The notes below the pieces were generated by a model. It was given only the letters and a program-made list of their open reading frames with translations. It did not search any database and had not been told where the DNA came from. Both the position numbers and the translations under genes were made by a program. A stretch of DNA of 52,063 nt from an uncultured bacterium (GTDB lineage: Bacteria; CAYUVA01), in contig CAYUVA010000035.1 in the NCBI GenBank assembly GCA_964448115.1, forward strand, positions 1-52,063, read 5' to 3'. Positions 8,299 to 18,668 of the stretch are shown in pieces (position 1 is the stretch's first letter; the number at the start of each line of letters is the position of its first letter).

Positions 8299-10596
8299 CT
8301 TATTAGCGCTTACAATCCACAATAGCAGCATGGCAATATTCAGGGTAGCTACCAGCATACAGGTACGCGGGATGCCATAAATGGGTACGAAAAAACTCCC
8401 AGTGATAAGCGCTCCCATGAATGCGCCCAGGTGATCGAAGCCATCAATCATACCAGCGCTAACCACCGTATCTTCCGATCCACTAACATGAATTACAGCA
8501 GCCAGCGGAAATGCAGCGCCGGTCAGGCAACCAGCAATCGAGACCATTAAAAGATATGATAATACTAAAAACCAGGCAGGCAGATCAGATAAATAACCTT
8601 GACTCATGGAGACTAGAAGCCTTGTTATCGATAGCGCAAATATTGCAATCAAAGCCTCCAGTGCTATGAAAATGTGCCTGGGACCAGCGATGCTGGTCGC
8701 TAGCCGGTTTGCAATAAAACTGCCCACAGCCAATCCAAACATGAACGAGGCACCGAGCGCACCGACCATGAGATATAGCGCACCAAAAATATTCTGAAAT
8801 GCAATTAAAAGAAGCAGATTCAACGACATTGCGGAAAAGCCGCCTATAAAAACAGCACCCAGTGCATTGAAGGCATTAACCGAGCCGACCCTTGGCTTTC
8901 GTAACCACTGATAGAGCAAACGAATGAGAAATATGGCTAGGATGAATGCTAAAAACACAACGAAATCTATGCTCTGAATAAATGCGAATACCTTAGCAGC
9001 AATGCTGAAGTTGCCCTTTTTTGAAGAAGAGGAAAACACATCCCAAAGCAGGAAGTTATAGCTATAGGTTATCGGACTCAGGTCTGTGTTTATCCTGGCA
9101 GGCAGTCTCTCATCCTGAAGGGTTTCCTTGAGTTTCTCCACTCGATCGGGCTGATAATCGATCATAAAGGCATAAGGATTGAATCTGTCGCTCTTTAATT
9201 TTCGCCTCTCGTATCGATCGACCAAAGTTTTGACATCATCGCTAACTGAAGATGGAGCATCGGATGCGAAAAAGAGACTCTCGCTGTTTGCACTGACCGC
9301 TATATAGTCGAATACCTCTTTTAGGGTGCGATAGACCGAGGCTGCATACCTGCCGACCAGCTCGCCGTAATAGTTGGTGGCGGTCGAGATCGAAAGACCG
9401 ATAGTCCCTCCTGGCTTGAGTTTCCTTTCCACCTCTCGGAAGAACTCTCTTGTATAATATCTATTCAGCATTGCAGTCGATGGATCCGGCAGGTTTATGT
9501 ATATAAGATCGAAGTTGCTTGGAGTAGATCGTAAATAGAACCTGCCATCGCCAGGTTTGATCACCAGCCTCTCTGAATTAAGCGCTTCTTTTACCTCACC
9601 TGCAAGGTAATCGATGAGAAGCTCCATAAGTCTGGGGTCTTGTTCCACATATACAATTGTTTCTATGAAGGGGAACTTGAGCATCTCGGCGATCAATCCC
9701 TCTATCCCGGCTCCGATAATAAGCACATCCTTTGGTTTCGGGTGTTGGATGAGGATGCTGTTGGCTAGCATAATATTTGCGTAAGGATCTGGGAAGCTGC
9801 TGCGCACCGTGCCGTTGGTATATAAAGTGTACTGCTCTTCATGCCTTGCCAAGACCAGGTTTTGATACCTGCTATCCGCCGATTCAAGCAATTCACCCCC
9901 TTGCTCCAGCAGCCTCCAGCGCATTTTTATGCTCCAATCCTCCAAGCCGGCAAATGCAGTAAAGGCAGCTATTATAAAAAGCAGAGCATATACCCAAAGA
10001 TGCCTTAATTGATATAGCCATAAAAGCAACAATAGCAGGCTAACAAGCACTATCCAGAGAACCAGCAGGCTGGCTATCCTTCCAGCAAGCAAGTAAGTAA
10101 AGATCATCCCTCCCATAAGGCTGCCCAATGCCTCCCACATATAGACCTTGCCTACCACTTGCACACCTCTTGGATCAGAGCTTCCCAATGCTCGTATCCC
10201 CAAGGGAAAGGTGAAACCGTAAAGAAAGCTGAAGGGTATCATGACCAGGATGACCACGATAACCAGGTGATCCATAGAGGGATATTGTCCGCCGGGCAGG
10301 CTCAGAAAGGCTCTCGAAACTCGCACCGCTAACAACTGCATTACCGAGACGAGGCATACGGCTAACAGGCAATTATTGAATACGCGCAAGGGATTGCTTA
10401 CTCTGGACGCAATCCGTGCTCCCGTATAGGCTCCCATGGTTATCCATAAGAACCAGGCAGCAAAGATGATGCCCAGGCTCATCTCGTTGCCATAAAAGAT
10501 AGTTAGAAGCTCCCTAACCATGATGGTCTGAGAGATGATGGAGCTAAAGCCTAGGAATAAGTAAAATAAAACCAGCCGTGTGGCTTTGCTGGTCAT
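8272..10596 (-). CDS. Membrane-fused spermidine synthase-like / class I SAM-dependent transferase
   Basis: Two multi-TM blocks flank a soluble domain with SRYQNL, VLIIGAGIEG, VEQDP, GDGRFYL, FDLIYINLPDP, YTREFF. The GGGDG motif of true SpeE is degenerate. Confidence 0.85.
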
Positions 10597-10611
10597 CGAG
10601 GTCAGTCCCCC

Positions 10612-11724
10612 CTAGCCCTCGAAGCGCATGACGCAACAGCCGATGCACCCAGGAAAGATCTTTGCAGCAGCCAGCGCACTGCGGAAGTTACGATATGGCT
10701 CGCCATTCCATATAGCCTTCAACGAGTGCTCCCTGATATTGCCCATATTGAAGCTGAAGCATGGAAAAACATCGCCATAGGGATTGATGTGCATAACGGT
10801 CCATGCTGCGCTACATGAGAAGCGTCTTATGTCCAGGTTATTTTGGTAATGCTCTGCTATTATCTCTTTTGGTGCTGCTGGATTGAAGCGAAGCTCGCTG
10901 CGGCTCTCCTTGGCTCTTGCATAAAGCTCATCGATGACCTTGAGAAGGGCGTTTCTGTCGATCGCTTCTACATGTTTCGGCTCTTTGAGATGAATCTTAG
11001 GATCCACCGTGTACAAGCCATAAGATGATTCCTGGTTGTTTTGGATCTGAAAGGAACATATATCCATATCCAGGCTCTCGGCAAGCTCGAAGATATCCAC
11101 CAGGCTCTCATAGTTATCCTTTGTAATAACTACCTTCAAATCGAGAAAGGGCAATCTTTTGCCCATAGCGGATCTAGCCTTAGATAAAAGCCTGATCGCC
11201 TCGCTAGTGCGCTCGAAGGCATCCGAAACACCCACGAAGCGATTGTGTAAATCTCGCAAACCTTCCAGTGAAACACCGATAGATACAAGCCCTTTTCTGA
11301 AGCTATCGCCGATCCCAGATGGCGCAAAGGATATCAGACTATTAGCCTTTGATGCATCGATTAGATAGGCATTGGTTACCAGATGAACCCGGCGTTTGGC
11401 ACAGGCTCTATCGATTATGTTGAAGATATCCTTCCTGAGCATCGGCTCCCCCCCAGTAAGGGTGATTATGCTCCAAGGAGGGGATTGAGCGATCACGCCG
11501 AGTACCTCTTCGGTCGTTAAATGTTGCTTTTCTTTCGGCCTCGATTGCCTCCAGACAAAGCACATCCCGCAGCGCAGATTGCAGGCATGTGTCAGAACCA
11601 AGCCGATCCGAAGCGGAGGGAATGCCCACCCTTTGCCGAAGCGCTTCGGAAGGTAGCTATATAGATCGTTTATCCTTCGGTAAAAGTTAGTTATCTTCAT
11701 CAGGTATCCTGCACTTATTATCAC
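10612..11724 (-). CDS. Radical SAM protein with SPASM/twitch domain
   Basis: THACNLRCGMC, TGGEPMLR; C-terminal CSAAW...PYGDVFPC...MGNI...IWNG...CIGCC. Start may be ATG 11700. Confidence 0.9.
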   Translation of the reverse strand: MIISAGYLMKITNFYRRINDLYSYLPKRFGKGWAFPPLRIGLVLTHACNLRCGMCFVWRQSRPKEKQHLTTEEVLGVIAQSPPWSIITLTGGEPMLRKDIFNIIDRACAKRRVHLVTNAYLIDASKANSLISFAPSGIGDSFRKGLVSIGVSLEGLRDLHNRFVGVSDAFERTSEAIRLLSKARSAMGKRLPFLDLKVVITKDNYESLVDIFELAESLDMDICSFQIQNNQESSYGLYTVDPKIHLKEPKHVEAIDRNALLKVIDELYARAKESRSELRFNPAAPKEIIAEHYQNNLDIRRFSCSAAWTVMHINPYGDVFPCFSFNMGNIREHSLKAIWNGEPYRNFRSALAAAKIFPGCIGCCVMRFEG

Positions 11725-12115
11725 TTTGATCCAGCAGGTTCAAATTTGAGTATGGACTCAAATTCTCGGCTTGGATTTGGCAACGGAAATCTTTTGTGAG
11801 AATATACATCCTTCACCACTCAAAATGAGCCTAGATAGTCAAACCAAACAGAAAATATGATTACTTTATACCTCATAACCAGAGAAGGTACCTTATAGGT
11901 GAATTATTTAACCCCAGACCGCCAAACTCCAGAGCCTTTTCATAAAAAGGGTTATCCCCCAAACTCACATCCCAAGAGCTGCATCAACTATGTTCTTCCA
12001 GTAAAAAGCTCGAAGCACATAGTCGTTGTCCACCTCAGAATGTTCACTTTGTGCGCCGGTAACAACAAGAAGGGATGATTTTCAAGGATAGAATGATACT
12101 TCTTTCAAGAAATGC

Positions 12116-13120
12116 CTAGTTGGCTGCTAATTCATCGATCATTCGATTAAGTAGCGTGTTAAATAGACCAACATTTATGATCCTCGGTTCACCTATGAGA
12201 ATCCATCCTGCATCATCCACTTCCAGATCGACCTGAACGCAGCCTTGCGCCAGGCATTGATAGCCAAACTCAAAAGCTGGATTCAGGTGTGCAAATCGGT
12301 GGGAAGGTTTTATCTTGAGGTGACCGCTTAACATTGGAATAGAGCCAAACGAGAAGCCGCTCCTTCCGCTTATTATCCGTTCCCAAAGCTCAATCCAGTA
12401 ATCGGCGACTATCTCCCCGCAGTTGAACAAGCCTCCCTCCGGATAGTCATAATAGTTGGCTGAGCCCCATGGCATATCAGTCCTGATCTTGTTGTAAACC
12501 AAAGGCGCAGCAAGCCTTTCACCAAACGAGGCGACCTTCATCACAGCATTGCCAATGATGATCTCATTCGGGTTGAAGTGATAGCCCATACGCTGGTACA
12601 CGCAGAGAAGATCCTGCACCGGTACCCACCATTCGGGGTGTGCCAGCCATCGGTCGTAATCGATGATACTTAGAAAATCGATGCCTGTATCGCAATAAGT
12701 ATGCGCCGTGCTGTAGTCGCCGTTAAAGTCCTCCTCGGCGACCCTGACGATGAATAGCTGATGATATGGGGGATCATCAGCCACATGCGAAGCAGCGCCG
12801 AGCATGAAGGACACAAGGCGTGGGCAATCATCGTAGGGTCTCTTGCTCTTGTCATTGATGTAGTTAACAAAGGCATCGATGAAATCGGTGCTGTGTGATA
12901 GCTCCGCATATTCGCTGGAGATCGGGTATCCAGAGTCCGGATACACAGCGCCCACCATGTAAGCATCATCGTAATAGTTAAGGAGCTGGCGGAGTTTCAT
13001 CGGTTGAAGTAGCTCCCAGGCAATGTCAGCCATGAATATATGCTGCGTCATACCTGCTGCATAAACACTTTGGGTAATTAAAAAACTCATTACAATTAAC
13101 ATCTTAGCCATTTGTCTCAT
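12116..13120 (-). CDS. Secreted Zn-dependent phospholipase, GPI-phospholipase D catalytic-domain homolog
   Basis: Signal peptide, then GMTQH, GAVYPD, LVSFMLGAASHVADD..YH, DFNGDYSTAH..D.G.D, WWVPVQDL, GERLA, YPEGGL. Confidence 0.85.
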   Translation of the reverse strand: MRQMAKMLIVMSFLITQSVYAAGMTQHIFMADIAWELLQPMKLRQLLNYYDDAYMVGAVYPDSGYPISSEYAELSHSTDFIDAFVNYINDKSKRPYDDCPRLVSFMLGAASHVADDPPYHQLFIVRVAEEDFNGDYSTAHTYCDTGIDFLSIIDYDRWLAHPEWWVPVQDLLCVYQRMGYHFNPNEIIIGNAVMKVASFGERLAAPLVYNKIRTDMPWGSANYYDYPEGGLFNCGEIVADYWIELWERIISGRSGFSFGSIPMLSGHLKIKPSHRFAHLNPAFEFGYQCLAQGCVQVDLEVDDAGWILIGEPRIINVGLFNTLLNRMIDELAAN

Positions 13121-13245
13121 TCTCTAGTCTCCTCTTCAAAGTTTTTCCAAAAAGCATATTCCCATAATCTATTTTTACTTTCAACTGGATCACCGGTTAT
13201 CCAGTTGTTGATATAAGAATTTGTGTCGCCCCTTAGCGATTTTTC

Positions 13246-14091
13246 TTACTGAGCGAATATTAGCGATGACTGCCGAATGACTATCATATTTTTCAATCGA
13301 GCAATCGATAAGTTAATAAATTCGGACTCAAGTTCCGTTCCTACGAACTTTCTATGATTCTTTATGGCGGCTACGCCAGTGGTTGAACTGCCCGAGAAAG
13401 GATCAAAAATCAAATCTCCTTCCCTTGTCGATGCCAAGATGATTCTATCCAAAAGAGCAACCGGCTTTTGGGTGGGATGCTTTCCAAATTCCTTTTCCTC
13501 GCCATTTGGTGCATTGAAAGACCACACGGTCTTCATCTGTTTACCATCATTTAGTTGGCGCATCTTCTCGTAATTGAAGTAATGCTTAGACTGTCTAGAT
13601 TTTGCTGCCCAGATTATCGTTTCGGTCGAATGAGTAAAATAACGACAGGACAAGTTAGGCGGTGGATTAGGTTTTTCCCAGGTAATATCATTCAGAATCT
13701 TCATTTCAAGTTGTTGCATGGCATAACCAACAGAATGAATTACATGGTGTGTCCCAGATACCCAAATAGTACCATCGGGTTTCAATAGTTTCTGACACCT
13801 CGACAACCAAGCCAAGTTGAACTCGTGGTTCAGTTCTGGTCCATTAGATTTGTCCCATTGTCCTTTGTCAACCTTAACCATTTTCCCAGCCTGGCAGGTA
13901 ATGCCACCATTTGACAGAAAGTATGGCGGATCTGCAAAGATCATATCGAACTTACCTTCGGGGTATTTTTTAATAATCATATCCATAAACTCGATGCAAT
14001 CGGCATGGTATAGCCACACCCCGATTCGTTCATTCTGAAATACACACTGACTTGGTGAATATTCAGAGCTTCCCATGGCTATTATTGGCAA
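13246..14091 (-). CDS. Orphan DNA N6-adenine methyltransferase, beta class, DpnA-like
   Basis: MIFADPPYFLSNGGITC, WEKPNPPPNLSCRYFTHSTET, HPTQKP, DPFSGSSTT. No restriction endonuclease adjacent. Confidence 0.92.
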   Translation of the reverse strand: MPIIAMGSSEYSPSQCVFQNERIGVWLYHADCIEFMDMIIKKYPEGKFDMIFADPPYFLSNGGITCQAGKMVKVDKGQWDKSNGPELNHEFNLAWLSRCQKLLKPDGTIWVSGTHHVIHSVGYAMQQLEMKILNDITWEKPNPPPNLSCRYFTHSTETIIWAAKSRQSKHYFNYEKMRQLNDGKQMKTVWSFNAPNGEEKEFGKHPTQKPVALLDRIILASTREGDLIFDPFSGSSTTGVAAIKNHRKFVGTELESEFINLSIARLKNMIVIRQSSLIFAQ

Positions 14092-14182
14092 GGTGTACTT
14101 TTTTTAAAGTTTCTTTATTTTTCATGTTGTTTCCTACATTTTATGCAAAGCGAAAAGCGGCTTCACTGTACACAAAATGTCA

Positions 14183-16966
14183 TTAGTCTAGGCATTGGAG
14201 GTACGGCGCAAGCAGGCTCTGCAAGCCTAGCTCGTTGGTAGCCTTGAACTCGAAGAGGTACCGTTTGGCTTCAATACCTGCGCCGACCGGGATATCGACC
14301 AGCCCAAATACGCCCTCGTATTCTGGGATCGCTGGCAGGTAGGCGCCGGTCCCTATCCCTGTGTAGTAGATCTCCACGCTGGTAACCTGCGCCGGGTTGG
14401 GATCATCGGTGAGCACGTACACGGCGAGCAGCCCTCCATCAGCTTCGGTTATGCTAGTGTACATGTAACCGCATGCGAGTATCATCGGTCTCAAGCCAGC
14501 GGTTGCGGTTGGAGTCGCAGTGGCAGTGGAGCTAGGCGTAATGGTAGCAATAATCGTAGGGGTAAAGGTCGCCGTGTAGGTATTTGTGGGCATGGCTGTA
14601 GGCGTACCTGTCGGGGTAGGGGAGGAGGGTATTGTCGGAGTCGAGGTATCGGTTGCGGTCCAAGTTGGTGTCGGCGTCATTGTCGTAGTCGGCGTTGCAG
14701 TGGAGGTGTTGCTCGGCGTGTAGGTCGGCGCGCCGGAAGGCGTAGCGGTCGGCGTTGCAGTAATAAGATAAAGCTCAATCAGCTCCATCCGACCCTCATC
14801 GAGCGTATCATCCCCGAAGCCGACCTCACGCTGAATCATGCGCGCGAACCACTTGGCATCTGGCGCATAATAATAGTGCAGTGTCGTGTTCCCGTCGCGC
14901 GCATCCTCGAAGATATAATGGCTCTCGAAGCCATTGACCTCGGTTCGGTAAAGGCAGGCGATGTTTAGATCAAGCTCGAACTCGCTGTCAAAGGTTTCAT
15001 AGCCGATCATAAACTGGATGTTCATATCGCCGTAGGTATGCACCGTGCTATGATCCCTCCATCTATCACCGACTCTCAAAGTAAAATTGTAGTCCCTGAT
15101 CGGCGGCTGATAGTCCTCGTACTCGTTGAAGTAGATATATCCGACCTCTCCCCAGCCAGCTCCCATGTCAATCTCAAGGATGCCGTACATATTGCGGCTG
15201 CGATGCACGGTCGATAGTTGATCCGTGGTCAATAGCCAACTGCCCCGGTAGTCGCCGTCCCTGACCCGAAGATCCACTGCGAGCTTGTCGATATCAAAAT
15301 CTATGTAAGTTCTTCCCAACAGGTCAAAGGTCCCGTTGATCTGAAGGTCATATACATCTACATCGGGCACATTCTCAGCAATGGGAAGAGGATGGCTGCC
15401 AAGGTTGTAATAGGTGGCTGTGGTCTGTATATCGAAGAAGCCGTCCTCGCCGATGGTAGGACCGGTTATGTAAAGGCTCTCATCGAATACCCACCAGTCG
15501 CCCTGGAACCATATCGGCGCATCGACGCCAGGCACTGTGGGAAGCGGAGTAGCGGTCGGCGTTGAGGTCGGCATCATGGTAAAGGTGCTTGTCGGCGTGG
15601 AACTTGGGGTCGGTGAAGGCGTAGCGCTCGGAAGGGATGTGTAAGTGGCGCTCGGTGTGGCTGTCGGCTGCTGGGTCGGGGTATTTGTGCTGGTTGCCGT
15701 TGGTGAGGCTGTTGGCGTGTTGGTTGGCGTTGATGTTGGGATTAATGTATCTGTGCTTGTTGGCGAGGCTGTGGGCATCGATGTGTAGGTATTGGTCGGG
15801 GATGAAGTGCTTGTGGCTGTTGGAAGCAATGTCTCGGTCGGTGTCATGGTCGGCGTGCTGGAGGGGGTGAAGGTATTTTCTCCGGTTGGCGTTGCGGTAG
15901 GAGTGTCGGTAATTGTCGGCGTTGTGGTTGGCGTTGAGGTTGGAATGGCTGTATTTGTGATGGTCGGCGTCAATGTGGCTGTGGATGTTACTGTTGCTGT
16001 CGGTGTTAGACTCGGCGTCATCGATGGCGTGTTTGTGGGAGTCATGGTTGGTACCATGGTCTCGGTTGGCGTGGCAGTGGGGGTTGAGGTTGGGACTGAG
16101 GTAGGGGTGCTTGTCGAGGTCATTGTTGGTGTAGCTGTTGGTGGATCCGGCTCCAGGTGATAACCGGTCAAATCAGCTCCCCCGCTTTCGATGATTGTCC
16201 CGCTTCCTAGACTGTAGTTATCATAGGAGATCTTTGCATTATAACGCACAGTTGGCGCATACCAAAAGGTCATGCTTCCATCAGCGCCACGATCCTGGAT
16301 GACCTTGTAGGAGAAATAGCCATTAGCGCTCTCTGTTGTGGGACATGTGTAGTTGAAGGTCGCCGTCTCGTTATCATCATAGTACTCGGTGCCCTGGGTG
16401 GGGATAGTCGAATACCCGTAATAATAATAGGTGAAGGAGTGATTCCACGCATCACCTGCATCCAACGGGAAGTCATATTCGTCCAGCGGGGGATCGAACT
16501 CTTCGCTCATCGAGATGGTCATGGTGCCTGCTGGCCACCAGAAGAACCCAGTCCAGATCTCCAGGGTTCCGCTGTAGTAACGATAGCGATAGACCATGTC
16601 CAGGTAGTCCTCTGTGTACCAGATGGTCCAACTGGCAGTGCCGTTATCGATCTTGATATCGGTCAGGCTGCCTTCAAACAAAGCAGCGCCTAGCATGTTA
16701 AATACGCCATCTGTTTCTTTAAGCTCATAGACGCTATATTCATAGCCGGTCTTGCTTTGAGTCTTGTAGCCTATATAGGTGCAATCGAGGGTATATGTGC
16801 CTGTCAAATCCATGTAGCCACCCTCGCCGAGGTCCTCACCGACTATATGCAGCGACTCGTTGTAACTCCAGTAGTTATCCACCAGCCACAGGGGCTTTTG
16901 AGCCTCAGCGTGAACCTGCGAGGCAATTATTGTTACAAGAAAAACTATTACTAGCTTCAACTTCAT
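14183..16966 (-). CDS. Secreted protein: two copies of an aromatic-rich ~250-aa domain, long Pro/Thr linkers and the shared C-terminal domain
   Basis: Signal peptide [20 protein letters not shown] from ATG 16966 (the track's TTG 17002 coincides with a -35 box); PT linkers of ~200 and ~90 aa; ends [11 protein letters not shown]. Confidence 0.88.
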   Translation of the reverse strand: MKLKLVIVFLVTIIASQVHAEAQKPLWLVDNYWSYNESLHIVGEDLGEGGYMDLTGTYTLDCTYIGYKTQSKTGYEYSVYELKETDGVFNMLGAALFEGSLTDIKIDNGTASWTIWYTEDYLDMVYRYRYYSGTLEIWTGFFWWPAGTMTISMSEEFDPPLDEYDFPLDAGDAWNHSFTYYYYGYSTIPTQGTEYYDDNETATFNYTCPTTESANGYFSYKVIQDRGADGSMTFWYAPTVRYNAKISYDNYSLGSGTIIESGGADLTGYHLEPDPPTATPTMTSTSTPTSVPTSTPTATPTETMVPTMTPTNTPSMTPSLTPTATVTSTATLTPTITNTAIPTSTPTTTPTITDTPTATPTGENTFTPSSTPTMTPTETLLPTATSTSSPTNTYTSMPTASPTSTDTLIPTSTPTNTPTASPTATSTNTPTQQPTATPSATYTSLPSATPSPTPSSTPTSTFTMMPTSTPTATPLPTVPGVDAPIWFQGDWWVFDESLYITGPTIGEDGFFDIQTTATYYNLGSHPLPIAENVPDVDVYDLQINGTFDLLGRTYIDFDIDKLAVDLRVRDGDYRGSWLLTTDQLSTVHRSRNMYGILEIDMGAGWGEVGYIYFNEYEDYQPPIRDYNFTLRVGDRWRDHSTVHTYGDMNIQFMIGYETFDSEFELDLNIACLYRTEVNGFESHYIFEDARDGNTTLHYYYAPDAKWFARMIQREVGFGDDTLDEGRMELIELYLITATPTATPSGAPTYTPSNTSTATPTTTMTPTPTWTATDTSTPTIPSSPTPTGTPTAMPTNTYTATFTPTIIATITPSSTATATPTATAGLRPMILACGYMYTSITEADGGLLAVYVLTDDPNPAQVTSVEIYYTGIGTGAYLPAIPEYEGVFGLVDIPVGAGIEAKRYLFEFKATNELGLQSLLAPYLQCLD

Positions 16967-16973
16967 ATTCGAG

Positions 16974-17002
16974 ATAATACTATAATCTATAAAAGAGGTC
17001 AA
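16974..17002 (-). promoter_or_regulatory. sigma70-type promoter, probably giving a leaderless transcript
   Basis: TTGACC-17 nt-TATTAT-7 nt-ATG with no SD sequence. Confidence 0.6.
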
Positions 17003-17029
17003 GTAGAAGCATCTATCCCTTATTAGGGT

Positions 17030-17043
17030 TTAAATCGATTTAA
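17030..17043. promoter_or_regulatory. Perfect 14-bp palindrome, candidate operator in the divergent intergenic region
   Basis: TTAAATCGATTTAA. Confidence 0.4.
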
Positions 17044-17197
17044 CTATTATTATGAATGACATCTTCAGGCAACGCCGCTACCAACCTCCAGCCATAATAT
17101 CGTTTCTTAAGATCATGTTGTAACTGCTTGAGATTTTAGATATCATTCTATGATACCAGTAGGTAATGAGCACTTTATACCAATAAGGAGGCTGTAT

Positions 17198-18649
17198 ATG
17201 ATCGGGATCGTCTCTTACGGGGGCTATATTCCAAGGCTGCGCTTGAACCGACAGGACGCGTTCAATGCCATGGGATGGTTCGCCCCGGCTATCATCATGG
17301 TGGCGCAAGGAGAGAGATCGGTCTGCAACTGGGATGAAGATAGCCTGTCCATGGCAGTTGAGGCTTCTATGGATTGCCTCAAGGGAATGGACAAGGCGAA
17401 GATCGATGCCTGTTTCCTGGCTTCGGTAACCCTTCCTTATGCGGATCGACAGAATTCGGGCATCCTTGCCACCGCATTGAATTTAGGCAGCGAGATCGGC
17501 ACATCCGACTTCACCTCAAGCGTGAAATCAGGCACTTCGGCGCTTATAGCCGGGCTGGATGCGGTTCGAAGCGGAAGCAGAAAACAGGTGCTGGTAACCG
17601 CCAGCGACAAGAGAGAGACAAAGGCAGCATACTTCTACGAGCTGTGGTTCGGCGATGGAGCAGGCTCACTACTTCTGGGAAAGGAGAATGTAATCGCAGA
17701 GTTTCTGGGAGCACACTCGGTCTCTTACGACTTCGTGGATCACTACCGCGGCTCGCTCAAGAAGTACGACTATATGTGGGAGGAGCGCTGGACACGAGAT
17801 GAAGGCTACTCCAAGATTATTCCAGAGGCGGTCGGTGGCTTGCTATCCAAGACCGGCATGAAGATCGGGGATTTCGCACAGATCATCTATCCCTGCTTCT
17901 TCTCTGCTGAACACAAGAAGATCGCCAAAAAGATCGGAGCTGACAAGGACCAGGTACACGGCAACATGCACGAGGTCTGCGGCGAGACCGGCTGTGCACA
18001 TCCGTTTGTGATGCTAATCGATGCCTTGCAGGATGCGAGACCTGGAGACAAGATACTCCTTTGCGGGTTCGGACAGGGCTGCGATGCCTTAGCATTCCAG
18101 GTTACGGATGCGATAAAAGACCTGCCACCTCGAATGGGGGTCAAGGGATGCCTAGAGCGGAGAAAGCAGCTCGACAACTACCAGAAGTACCTCAAGTTCA
18201 ACGACCTGGTCCAGGTGGAGATGGGCATTCGCGGCGAGGCTGGCGGTCAGACCGCGATGACAACACTATGGCGTAAGCGCAAGATGATCCTCGGACTGGT
18301 AGGGAACCGCTGCAAGGTGTGCGGCACGCCGCAATTTCCACCAGCACAGATCTGCATCAATCCCCAGTGTGGTGCGGTTGACCAGCACGAGGACTACGAG
18401 TTTGCCTATCGTACCGCCAGGATTGTCATGTACACCGGCGATATGCTCGCTGTCTCCCAGGAGCCACCCGCCATTTATGGCTTGATCCAGTTCGAGGGCG
18501 GCGGGAGGATGCTCGCTGACTTCACCGATTGTACGCTCGACGAGGTCAAGGTGGGTGGCAAGGTGCGCATGTCATTCAGAAAGCGCTGGTATGACAAGGA
18601 TCGAGGATATACCGGTTACTTCTGGAAAGCAGTTCCAAAGGTCAACTAA
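17198..18649 (+). CDS. HMG-CoA synthase-like domain fused to a DUF35 Zn-ribbon/OB-fold domain
   Basis: AAGGAGG RBS; MIGIVSYGGYIP, DEDSLSMAVEA, GDGAGS, GETG; C-terminal CKVCGTPQFPP..ICINPQC and YFWKAVP. Confidence 0.88.
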   Translation: MIGIVSYGGYIPRLRLNRQDAFNAMGWFAPAIIMVAQGERSVCNWDEDSLSMAVEASMDCLKGMDKAKIDACFLASVTLPYADRQNSGILATALNLGSEIGTSDFTSSVKSGTSALIAGLDAVRSGSRKQVLVTASDKRETKAAYFYELWFGDGAGSLLLGKENVIAEFLGAHSVSYDFVDHYRGSLKKYDYMWEERWTRDEGYSKIIPEAVGGLLSKTGMKIGDFAQIIYPCFFSAEHKKIAKKIGADKDQVHGNMHEVCGETGCAHPFVMLIDALQDARPGDKILLCGFGQGCDALAFQVTDAIKDLPPRMGVKGCLERRKQLDNYQKYLKFNDLVQVEMGIRGEAGGQTAMTTLWRKRKMILGLVGNRCKVCGTPQFPPAQICINPQCGAVDQHEDYEFAYRTARIVMYTGDMLAVSQEPPAIYGLIQFEGGGRMLADFTDCTLDEVKVGGKVRMSFRKRWYDKDRGYTGYFWKAVPKVN

Positions 18650-18668
18650 TAGACGAGGAGGCGATATT

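Noticed and set aside
11725-12115. RiPP precursor peptide for the rSAM-SPASM enzyme
   Set aside because: Only very short ORFs without a convincing leader/core were found, and the enzyme shows no evident RRE domain.
13246-14091. Complete restriction-modification or defence system
   Set aside because: Neighbours are a phospholipase and a surface protein; no nuclease gene.
15530-16160. Repetitive DNA that could be taken for a CRISPR array, and the Val/Gly-rich ORF 15792-16160
   Set aside because: Degenerate Thr/Pro codons with no fixed repeat-spacer period; the ORF is the antisense of the linker. No cas genes in the window.
17198-18649. Mevalonate-pathway HMG-CoA synthase
   Set aside because: The catalytic Cys appears absent and no other mevalonate genes are nearby.
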